Below, piece by piece: positions 46,160 to 53,532 of a DNA stretch of 64,000 bases. The translations under genes and the position numbers were made by a program. Below the pieces are notes generated by a model. That model was not told the origin of the DNA. It searched no databases and saw only the letters and a program-made list of their open reading frames with translations. Each line of letters begins with the position of its first letter. Positions within the stretch are counted from its first letter, which is position 1. The DNA comes from a virus (lineage: Duplodnaviria > Caudoviricetes): the IMG/VR virus record IMGVR_UViG_3300021960_000017, one strand, 5' to 3'.

Positions 46160-46297
46160 ATGTCTAAACTGTATCGTAAAGCACGTAACACTGTTGCTAC
46201 AAACCTTTTTATCAAAAATAGCCCGTATAAGCCACGAGTTGTTCAAAACAAAAAAGCCTATTCACGTAAAAAAAAGCACCGGGGGGAGGGCGAATAA
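46160..46297 (+). CDS. ArfA-like small basic protein (45 aa, absent from the ORF track)
   Basis: GAGGAG RBS; MSKLYRKARNTVATNLFIKNSPYKPRVVQNKKAYSRKKKHRGEGE. Confidence 0.6.
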   Translation: MSKLYRKARNTVATNLFIKNSPYKPRVVQNKKAYSRKKKHRGEGE

Positions 46298-46722
46298 TGT
46301 CCAGCCTTAACAGACTACAGAAGTTTGTTCAGCGCAATGACATGTATGAGCGTAGGTTTGAGGCTAGCCAAGAACTAGCACTAGAAGCATATGACATGCT
46401 CAATCAGTATGTGTTTGATAACGGATTAGACCCCTGTCCTATTACGGTGCGACGCACAAGAGGGTATTGGGGTCTATGCGACGGCCGCATTGTGGACGAC
46501 GAATGCCGTGTAAAGGAAATTACCCTTACCAAACGGTATCCATTTAAAGCGATGTTCATTAACACTCTAGCACATGAAATGGTGCATCAGTTTCAGTGGG
46601 AAGTATTAAGCAACGAGCGCATGGAACAGGGCAAAGCACCTATTATGAGCCATGGCCCTAGTTTTTATTGCTGGAAACCTGCCCTAAAAGAATACAATAT
46701 TATATTGACTCGAGAGTACTAA
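46297..46722 (+). CDS. SprT-like metalloprotease
   Basis: TLAHEMVHQ and SHGPSF motifs. Confidence 0.8.
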   Translation: MSSLNRLQKFVQRNDMYERRFEASQELALEAYDMLNQYVFDNGLDPCPITVRRTRGYWGLCDGRIVDDECRVKEITLTKRYPFKAMFINTLAHEMVHQFQWEVLSNERMEQGKAPIMSHGPSFYCWKPALKEYNIILTREY

Positions 46723-46743
46723 TACTAGTATTATTAACAATAC

Positions 46744-46818
46744 GGCCCCATCGTCTAGCGGTTAGGACGCTGGCCTTTCACGCCGGAAACACGGGTTCGA
46801 TTCCCGTTGGGGTCACCA
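46744..46818 (+). tRNA. tRNA-Glu(TTC)
   Basis: GGCCCCA/TGGGGTC, CTGGC-CT TTC AC-GCCGG, GGTTCGATTCC, CCA. Confidence 0.96.
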
Positions 46819-46832
46819 ATTCAGGTATTGTT

Positions 46833-47087
46833 ATGAGCGAATTTAAACTTGGTATATTTAGACTATTAAAACGCATCATAGGTGGCAGCAGTGTCCTCCT
46901 TGCAGTTGTTTATACCATAGGACATATTTTTATTGCCATGCTCTGCAACAATTTAATTACTGGAGCAGAGTTTACACTAGCAGCACTAGATGCGATTATA
47001 GAGCCCTGCATTAACGGTGTATGGTTTTATGTTCTCCATAAATTATGGAGATCATTTTATAAAGATGCTACTGTATTCGAAAAATAA
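46833..47087 (+). CDS. DUF2061-like membrane protein
   Basis: AVVYTIGHIFIA, IIEPCINGVWFYVLHKLW. Confidence 0.7.
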   Translation: MSEFKLGIFRLLKRIIGGSSVLLAVVYTIGHIFIAMLCNNLITGAEFTLAALDAIIEPCINGVWFYVLHKLWRSFYKDATVFEK

Positions 47088-47095
47088 ATATTTGC

Positions 47096-47650
47096 ATGAT
47101 TGGCTTACGAACTCTAGTCCTCAGCGCAAACTATATGCCGGTGAGTATATTTCCACTGCATACTGTACCTGTAGAAGATGCTATAACAAGAATTTTTAAC
47201 GGCAACATGCATGCCGTGTTTAATTACGATCGCAAAATTGGACACCCATTGCTAGATATGTACTGGCCCAGTGTAGTTGCTCGTAACAAGAGCACCCGCA
47301 TAAAAGAGAGTGTCAGGTTTGCTAGAGACACTGTGTATTACAGAGACCATGGCATTTGTCAGTACTGTGAAACTCCACTTGATATAAAGGAAACTACATA
47401 TGATCATGTTATTCCCCGCAGTCGTGGTGGCGAGCATGTCTGGGAGAATGTAGTTATGAGTTGCCGTAGTTGTAACACTGCAAAGGGAAATAAGATGCCC
47501 CGGGATACCTTTGTTCCACGGCAAAGACCGTTTAAGCCTACCTATTGGCAGTTGTTAAACAATCGTCGTAAATTTCCTATCATGCTTGATCACCCTAGTT
47601 GGGTGAATTTCTTTGGCGATTGGGAAGCAGAGATATTAATATCAAAATGA
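47096..47650 (+). CDS. HNH endonuclease
   Basis: RDHGICQYC..TYDHVIPRSRGG..WENVVMSCRSCNTAKG. Confidence 0.92.
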   Translation: MIGLRTLVLSANYMPVSIFPLHTVPVEDAITRIFNGNMHAVFNYDRKIGHPLLDMYWPSVVARNKSTRIKESVRFARDTVYYRDHGICQYCETPLDIKETTYDHVIPRSRGGEHVWENVVMSCRSCNTAKGNKMPRDTFVPRQRPFKPTYWQLLNNRRKFPIMLDHPSWVNFFGDWEAEILISK

Positions 47651-49098
47651 AATTTGAATGTTTAGAAAACATCAATGATGAAACACGCGATGTTGTTATA
47701 GTCACAGTTCCATGGACTGACAGTAGTATTCCACTAATGGCACCAGCACAACTTAAACCTATTGTTGAAAGTGCTGGCATGAGTTGCTTGGCAACCGATA
47801 TAAATGCTGAAGTGTTTAGATGGACACAGACACACGAGAACGTTACTCCGTTATTGGATTTTTTCTTTAATGAAAAATTAAGTGATGTTGTTAAAGATGA
47901 CTTGTTTAATTTATTTAAAAATATAGCAGAGCAAATACTCGCTTGGAAGCCCAAGATAGTTGGACTTAGTTTGTTCAGTTATGTTTGTCAAACAAGTGCA
48001 AAATGGATATCATGGTTTATAAAAAAAATAGATCCCAATGTAAAAATTATTATTGGTGGCGCAGGATGTCTTCCAACTTTTACAGGCCCTAGTGAGTTTG
48101 CAAAAAACACAATCGCAGCAGGATTAGTTGACTACCATATCCGTGGTGATGGTGAGCATGCACTATATCAATTTCTAATAGATAACAAACAATACATTGG
48201 AATCAATAGCCTTGAATGGCGTGAATTGTCTATAGATGAGATGCGACAATTGCCAATGCCAGATTATGATAATTATAAATTTGATGTGTATAATAAAAAA
48301 GCGTTACCGTTAGTTGGTAGTCGTGGCTGTGTACGAAAATGTACATTCTGTGATTATATTGCTAATTGGAAAAAATTTAATTGGCGAATGGCTGATGATA
48401 TTTTTGCTGAAATGCAGAGTCAATATAAAAAATATGGGATACGATATTTTAAGTTTCAAGACAGTTTAACAAACGGAAATATGAAAGAGTTTACAAAACT
48501 AACCCAATTGCTTAGTGAATACAATAGGACAAATCCTAATGAAAGTTTTAGGTGGAGTGGGTACTATATTTTTAGAGAACACAATGCAAATACTGCAAAC
48601 GAATGGAAATTGGTATATGAAAGTGGTGCTGAAAATTTAGCAGTTGGCATTGAAAATCTTAATCAACGTATACGCTTTAATATTGGTAAAAAATTTAGTA
48701 ATGAAGCCATTGATGTACACTTATCCTATGCAAAGAAATATAACATTACTTTGCAGTTATTAAACATTGTTGGTTATGTAGATGAAACTCAAGACGATAT
48801 AGACTATATTAAACAATGGTTGGTTAACCATGTTGAATACAAAGACACCTTGTTTATACAATGGGGAGGCACTTTAGGCATCTTTCCTAATACCTGGTTA
48901 GAACGCAATTTTGATAATCTAGGTATAGAAAAAATAGACGAATCGCCACAAGGATGGATAAACAAAAGTATAGACAGTACACCAGCAAAAAGAGCACAAT
49001 GGGCAAAAGATCTAAATGAATTAAGCACTAGTTTAGGGTATAAAGTTGCTGATAACCTTGACAATCATTATCTTTTAGAGTTATTGATAAATGACTAA
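47647..49098 (+). CDS. B12-binding-domain radical SAM protein
   Basis: N-terminal cobalamin-binding domain (VGLSLF, IIIGG); SRGCVRKCTFC. Confidence 0.9.
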   Translation: MKFECLENINDETRDVVIVTVPWTDSSIPLMAPAQLKPIVESAGMSCLATDINAEVFRWTQTHENVTPLLDFFFNEKLSDVVKDDLFNLFKNIAEQILAWKPKIVGLSLFSYVCQTSAKWISWFIKKIDPNVKIIIGGAGCLPTFTGPSEFAKNTIAAGLVDYHIRGDGEHALYQFLIDNKQYIGINSLEWRELSIDEMRQLPMPDYDNYKFDVYNKKALPLVGSRGCVRKCTFCDYIANWKKFNWRMADDIFAEMQSQYKKYGIRYFKFQDSLTNGNMKEFTKLTQLLSEYNRTNPNESFRWSGYYIFREHNANTANEWKLVYESGAENLAVGIENLNQRIRFNIGKKFSNEAIDVHLSYAKKYNITLQLLNIVGYVDETQDDIDYIKQWLVNHVEYKDTLFIQWGGTLGIFPNTWLERNFDNLGIEKIDESPQGWINKSIDSTPAKRAQWAKDLNELSTSLGYKVADNLDNHYLLELLIND

Positions 49099-49513
49099 TT
49101 TCAATGAATGTAAAGTTAAAATTATTTTCAAATATCACAGTTGTAATAACAAACTTATGACTGTATTAGTCGATGATATACTTCTCAAACCATCTGATGA
49201 TAATTATGCCATTTTTGAAAAAGAGATAAATTTGCCAACAGAACTAGTTATAAAAACTGCTGGCAAGAATCACAAATACGATACAAAAATTGATGCGGCA
49301 GGGAACATATACGAGGATCTGGCTGTACAAATAGAAAGTATATCGCTGGACTCGTTTGAATTATCTGATGTGTATCTTCATCAAAAAATAAAAATTTTAA
49401 CCGAATCTGGAGATGAATATACTACAAGTTATTTTGGATTCAATGGCACTATAATGTTAAATTTTTCAGAAAGCAATGTCTTTTCACAAGTTTTAAAGGA
49501 AAACACACAATGA
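49091..49513 (+). CDS. hypothetical protein
   Basis: 140 aa coupled ORF. Confidence 0.7.
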   Translation: MTNFNECKVKIIFKYHSCNNKLMTVLVDDILLKPSDDNYAIFEKEINLPTELVIKTAGKNHKYDTKIDAAGNIYEDLAVQIESISLDSFELSDVYLHQKIKILTESGDEYTTSYFGFNGTIMLNFSESNVFSQVLKENTQ

Positions 49514-50301
49514 ATAAAAATATATTAATTAGTGGATGTTCGTTGGCAATGGGATATGGTCTTCCTGAAACTAGAAATAATCCAAAAAATTGGCCTAATC
49601 AAGTAGTAAATACAATTTACCCGGAAGCACACATAACCAATATTGCAGAGCCTGGGTACAACAACGACACAATATTTCTCAAAACATCAGAAGAACTTTT
49701 AAAAAACAAATATGATTGTGTTATTGTAGAATGGTCAGAAACTACACGGTTAAATTTTAACATAGGATTAGAAATATATAATACATTATCTAGGGTTGCT
49801 AATGACCATGACTTTAATTTAGTAAATGGACAAACAATTAAAGCAGACTGGTTGTATAAAAATATTAAACAAAATATAGTTAGAATTTCTAACGATCATT
49901 GGTTCATTTTGAACATGGTAAGATATTTAAATATCTTAATCAGATTACAAAAGCCACATGGTGAAATATTTTTTGTAAACGGCGGCGGCCATTGGCCTGA
50001 CAATTATTTTAATAGACAGAAGTCCTGGTTCGATGCTGATGATGCTTATACAAAAAAAGAAATCCTACAAATGGATTTCAGAGATGATGAAGATATAGCA
50101 AAACTTTATAACAAAATACATGATGATTATGAAAATGCTGGCGGAATCCATGAAGATCTTTGGCTTAATTTATATTGGTCATTGCATAGATCAAAAATAG
50201 ATACAATATCTGATACAGATCTGCATCCAGGATTATTATCGCAAGATAAATTTGCCAAAGAGTTTATTTTAAAAATTCAAAATATTTACCAAAATATTTG
50301 A
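49510..50301 (+). CDS. SGNH/GDSL hydrolase-like protein
   Basis: GCSLAMG, PGYNN, DLHPG. Confidence 0.75.
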   Translation: MNKNILISGCSLAMGYGLPETRNNPKNWPNQVVNTIYPEAHITNIAEPGYNNDTIFLKTSEELLKNKYDCVIVEWSETTRLNFNIGLEIYNTLSRVANDHDFNLVNGQTIKADWLYKNIKQNIVRISNDHWFILNMVRYLNILIRLQKPHGEIFFVNGGGHWPDNYFNRQKSWFDADDAYTKKEILQMDFRDDEDIAKLYNKIHDDYENAGGIHEDLWLNLYWSLHRSKIDTISDTDLHPGLLSQDKFAKEFILKIQNIYQNI

Positions 50302-50335
50302 CAGGTAGTAAATAATATAGTATTATTATAACAAT

Positions 50336-50411
50336 GCTGGCGTAGCTCAGTTGGTAGAGCAGGGGTTTTGTAAACCTCAGGTCCGCGGTTCAAGTCCGTG
50401 TGCCAGCACCA
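50336..50411 (+). tRNA. tRNA-Thr(TGT)
   Basis: GCTGGCG/TGCCAGC, GGGGT-TT TGT AA-ACCTC, CCA; upstream TTGACA-N17-TATTAT. Confidence 0.96.
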
Positions 50412-50437
50412 CTTTTTTAACTTAATAGGCTTGTACT

Positions 50438-50641
50438 ATGGAAGATGTAGTAAAAGGTGAGTTAGGCGACCTTATGGACGATAACGATTGGGCTATTATC
50501 TTTGACAAAGAAGGTAATGTTAGAGGTCTTTTTATTCCTGACGGAATGCCTAATGGTGCAGTAGTTCCTGAAAACATTCTTAAAATTTTAGAAGAGGTTG
50601 GGATAGGTGAAGATGACTTTGCAGACCCTGTTGTGCACTGA
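50438..50641 (+). CDS. hypothetical acidic protein
   Basis: 67 aa ORF. Confidence 0.65.
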   Translation: MEDVVKGELGDLMDDNDWAIIFDKEGNVRGLFIPDGMPNGAVVPENILKILEEVGIGEDDFADPVVH

Positions 50642-51081
50642 TGCGTAAAATTGTTCTTGCTTTTTTAGCATTATTTTTTATTAGTACTACTCCTGGATAC
50701 AGTTTTGAAGTTATGGGTAGTAAGCGTGTGCCAACTGTTGTTCCAAGAGATACCTACCTTAGAGATCCACAATATGTAAGTGCTCCAGTCGTTAGTGCAG
50801 ATCGTGCTTATGAAGTAACTTACTTTGATCAAATGGGGCATATTTGTGCTCATGAGCAAGTTCCTATTAACCCTGTAGACTATAGAAACTTTTGGGACCA
50901 ATTGTTTAATCCCAGAGGCCCTGTATATACCGAGCCACAGTACAACTGTTATGATACAGCAGAAAGACAAGAGCAACGAGTCTTTGTAGGGTATATGGTT
51001 ACATTTGAATATCTTGGCGAATACTATACTAAACTAGTAGACTATCGCCCAGGAAAATATATTAGAGTTTTAATAAAATAG
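50641..51081 (+). CDS. secreted hypothetical protein
   Basis: Signal peptide MRKIVLAFLALFF. Confidence 0.7.
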   Translation: MRKIVLAFLALFFISTTPGYSFEVMGSKRVPTVVPRDTYLRDPQYVSAPVVSADRAYEVTYFDQMGHICAHEQVPINPVDYRNFWDQLFNPRGPVYTEPQYNCYDTAERQEQRVFVGYMVTFEYLGEYYTKLVDYRPGKYIRVLIK

Positions 51082-51082
51082 G

Positions 51083-51110
51083 TTGACGCATTCATAAAAT
51101 TTGCTATAAT
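51083..51110 (+). promoter_or_regulatory. sigma70-like promoter
   Basis: TTGACG-N16-TATAAT with TG. Confidence 0.7.
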
Positions 51111-51143
51111 AGGTATATTGTTAAAAACAAACATGGAAGGACC

Positions 51144-51326
51144 ATGACGATGTTAGCGAATGATTTGGATTATGCAGCGAATGAGGCAATTCATGGCTTG
51201 CAACTTAACTGGAATGATGCAGTAAAGTTTGTTTGCCGTAATGCAAAAGTTGACCAGCGTGAGGCATCAAAAGCCCTAGAGTCTATTTTAACTGGTTACA
51301 AGCGGAAAGAATACGCAATTGACTAG
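51144..51326 (+). CDS. hypothetical protein
   Basis: 60 aa ORF with AAGGA RBS. Confidence 0.65.
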   Translation: MTMLANDLDYAANEAIHGLQLNWNDAVKFVCRNAKVDQREASKALESILTGYKRKEYAID

Positions 51327-51552
51327 TCTTGATAATGTTATCAATGCACGGGTTGACTTTTTAGCCCGTGCAGTAATAGCAAAAATCGAAAGAATTTTAG
51401 ACAAGCATGGAGATCTAGATAGATACGATGTCTATTGTGAATGGTATGAAGACGATGCTACAGAGGATGATATTGAAATATGGCTACGTGATCGCAGCGA
51501 TGATAGCCGTATCGGTCCTCTTGATCTTGCGTCCATGATGAGTAAACAATAA
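51319..51552 (+). CDS. hypothetical protein
   Basis: 77 aa ORF with TTG start. Confidence 0.55.
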   Translation: MTSLDNVINARVDFLARAVIAKIERILDKHGDLDRYDVYCEWYEDDATEDDIEIWLRDRSDDSRIGPLDLASMMSKQ

Positions 51553-51562
51553 GAGTTAAATT

Positions 51563-51654
51563 GGATGGTTACCCAAGAGGCTGAAGGGGCGGGATTGCTA
51601 ATCCTGTAGGGCGGTTTTGCTGTCGCGAGAGTTCGAATCTCTCACCATCCGCCA
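51563..51654 (+). tRNA. tRNA-Ser(GCT)
   Basis: GGATGGT/ACCATCC, CGGGA-TT GCT AA-TCCTG, long variable arm, CCA. Confidence 0.95.
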
Positions 51655-51662
51655 TATTTTGA

Positions 51663-51737
51663 GCGGGCATCGTATAATGGCCATTACGTGGCGTTGCCAA
51701 CGCTAGGATAGGAGTTCGATTCTCCTTGCCCGCTCCA
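51663..51737 (+). tRNA. tRNA-Gly(GCC)
   Basis: GCGGGCA/TGCCCGC, TGGCG-TT GCC AA-CGCTA, T discriminator, CCA. Confidence 0.95.
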
Positions 51738-51742
51738 AAAAA

Positions 51743-51784
51743 ATTGGTTAGACTGCTAAATAAAATATAGGAGGTCTAACCAAT
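51743..51784 (+). promoter_or_regulatory. start-codon-sequestering hairpin with an internal late promoter
   Basis: ATTGGTTAGAC/GTCTAACCAAT 11-bp stem; TAAATA at 51757-51762 in the loop. Confidence 0.75.
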
Positions 51785-52214
51785 GCCAAAGAGTAATTGT
51801 TTAAATTGTAATAAGGAAATTCATTACAATCCCAGCCAAAGAAGGGGATTATATTGTTCTAATGTTTGTCAACAAGAGTATCGTATAAACGAAGCAGTTG
51901 CCACTGGAACTTATACTAAAGCAAACGGATATAGTTGGTTCAAGAAGAATACAAAATATGAATGTAGTTGTTGCGGCATAAGTGAATGGCAAGGTAAAGA
52001 ACTTCGTTTACAGATAGATCATATTGACGGCAACAATAAGAACAATGTAATAGAAAACTTTAGATACCTTTGTCCTAACTGTCATACACAGACAGAAACA
52101 TGGGGTGTCAAAAGTGCTAGTGATGAAGGTAAACAAAGAATTAAAGAGGCAGCCAAACTAGGGAGAGCAATACAACTTGGTAGGGTGCCAGAAGGAACAA
52201 AATTGGGGGTGTAG
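51783..52214 (+). CDS. HNH homing endonuclease (free-standing, between tRNA genes)
   Basis: CxxC..YCSNVC zinc finger; CSCC..LQIDHIDGNNKNN..NFRYLCPNCH. Confidence 0.9.
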   Translation: MPKSNCLNCNKEIHYNPSQRRGLYCSNVCQQEYRINEAVATGTYTKANGYSWFKKNTKYECSCCGISEWQGKELRLQIDHIDGNNKNNVIENFRYLCPNCHTQTETWGVKSASDEGKQRIKEAAKLGRAIQLGRVPEGTKLGV

Positions 52215-52281
52215 CTCAGTTGGTCAGAGCGCGAGCCTGTCACGTTCGAGGTCGCGGGTTCGAGCCCCGTCACTCCCGCCA
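52205..52281 (+). tRNA. tRNA-Asp(GTC)
   Basis: GGGGGTG/CACTCCC, CGAGC-CT GTC AC-GTTCG, CCA; 5' end overlaps the HNH stop codon. Confidence 0.96.
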
Positions 52282-52290
52282 GTTAGTTAA

Positions 52291-52340
52291 GGGATCACCG
52301 CCTAATAGGTGCACGACAGGCAACTGTTAGCCTGAGGATC
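52291..52340 (+). ncRNA. candidate structured RNA in the tRNA-Asp trailer
   Basis: GATC...GATC closing stem with CACC/GGTG and GACAG-GCAA-CTGTT hairpins. Confidence 0.3.
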
Positions 52341-52429
52341 AAAAAAAGTTGAAAATAATATTGACTTAACAAGTAAGTTAATATAGACTTTAAAATGTAG
52401 TAACAATCGATTACAAAAAGGAGATATCA

Positions 52430-52693
52430 ATGACGACTACAGTATCAACCAAGCAGGACCGCGTTCTTGCCGCTCTTCGTAACGGTGAAGAACTCACCGG
52501 CAAGCAAATTCGTGCTCGCTTTGGCGTTGGCAATCCACGTGCCACCGTTTCAGCACTTCGCATGAAGGGCTTTGCTATCTATGCTAACGAGCGTACCGAT
52601 AGCAAGGGCCGTACCAAGAGCTTTTATCGCCTTGGCACACCAAGCCGCGCAGTAGTTGCTGCTGGTTATCGTGCACTTGCTGCTAGCAAGTGA
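52430..52693 (+). CDS. small basic winged-helix-like DNA-binding protein
   Basis: KQDRVLAAL..GEELTGKQI..RFGVGNPRATVSALR..G; AAGGAGA RBS. Confidence 0.65.
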   Translation: MTTTVSTKQDRVLAALRNGEELTGKQIRARFGVGNPRATVSALRMKGFAIYANERTDSKGRTKSFYRLGTPSRAVVAAGYRALAASK

Positions 52694-52715
52694 TCACAAA
52701 TAACTGTAACTTGTG

Positions 52716-52751
52716 GGAGAAGGGGGCTTTATGTCCCCTTCTCCTTTTTTT
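52716..52751 (+). terminator. intrinsic terminator
   Basis: GGAGAAGGGG..CCCCTTCTCC plus T run. Confidence 0.9.
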
Positions 52752-52770
52752 GTATGTATAAATAACACTG

Positions 52771-53001
52771 ATGCCCAAAACAGACTTTACAGAATATGCC
52801 GGTTTAGTTACCAAGGTTGTACCCGGCGGTAAATTTTTAGTGAATTTACAGATAGATGAAAAAACCGTACACCCAATAACCGCTCATCTTAGCGGAAAAA
52901 TGCGTATGCATAAGATAAACGTATTGGAGGGAGATCAGGTTACTGTGGAGGTATCTCCATATGATGTTACACAGGGCAGGATCACTTACAGAAAAAAATG
53001 A
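52771..53001 (+). CDS. infA: translation initiation factor IF-1
   Basis: AHLSGKMRMHKINVLEGDQVTVEVSPYDVTQGRITYR. Confidence 0.95.
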   Translation: MPKTDFTEYAGLVTKVVPGGKFLVNLQIDEKTVHPITAHLSGKMRMHKINVLEGDQVTVEVSPYDVTQGRITYRKK

Positions 53002-53183
53002 ATAAAGACACACAGTTTGTTTGTAAAAAAACTAATAGAATTTACGGATACGAAAATTGTACTAGCTTCGTAGATCCAGATTTTGTGCCCGGTTGCGGAT
53101 GCGTAGGATACTGTATGGAAAGCAAAGAAGAACTACAAAAACGTGAGCAAAAAGTAGAACAAGCAATTAGGGCTTTAAGTTAA
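52998..53183 (+). CDS. hypothetical Cys-containing protein
   Basis: 61 aa coupled ORF. Confidence 0.6.
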   Translation: MNKDTQFVCKKTNRIYGYENCTSFVDPDFVPGCGCVGYCMESKEELQKREQKVEQAIRALS

Positions 53184-53184
53184 T

Positions 53185-53505
53185 ATGAATACTATTAAAC
53201 TTACGGATAGTGCCAAAGGATATCTAGTTCAGATAACAAAAAAAGAAAACAAACCCTATGTGTCACTAGCAATTAAGGGCGGCGGGTGCAGTGGATTTCA
53301 ATATGTTTGGGGATTGTCAGCTGATTATCCTGACGTAACATGGAGCGATCCAATTGACGACTGCCTTGTTGTAGATCCTATGGCAGAGTTAATGCTGTTT
53401 GGGTGCACTATCGATTATGTAACTGAACTTGGTGGTAGTTTTCTAAAAGTAATAAATCCAAACGCAACTGCATCCTGCGGTTGTGGGGAAAGTTTTAGCG
53501 TATAA
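53185..53505 (+). CDS. HesB/IscA/ErpA A-type Fe-S carrier
   Basis: GGGCSGFQY, IDYV, NPNATASCGCGESF. Confidence 0.95.
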   Translation: MNTIKLTDSAKGYLVQITKKENKPYVSLAIKGGGCSGFQYVWGLSADYPDVTWSDPIDDCLVVDPMAELMLFGCTIDYVTELGGSFLKVINPNATASCGCGESFSV

Positions 53506-53532
53506 TTCTAATAAATACCATAAACACAAGGA

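Noticed and set aside
46668-46832. N-terminal extension of the DUF2061-like ORF
   Set aside because: It runs through tRNA-Glu; start reassigned to 46833
47096-47650. HNH gene as a transposon or IS element
   Set aside because: No terminal repeats, target duplications or transposase; treated as an ordinary phage HNH nuclease
52282-52360. Hammerhead or tRNA-associated HDV-like (theta) ribozyme after tRNA-Asp
   Set aside because: CTGAGGA is present, but no stem II followed by GAAA can be formed. For an HDV-like fold the P1 pairing and catalytic C in J4/2 are missing
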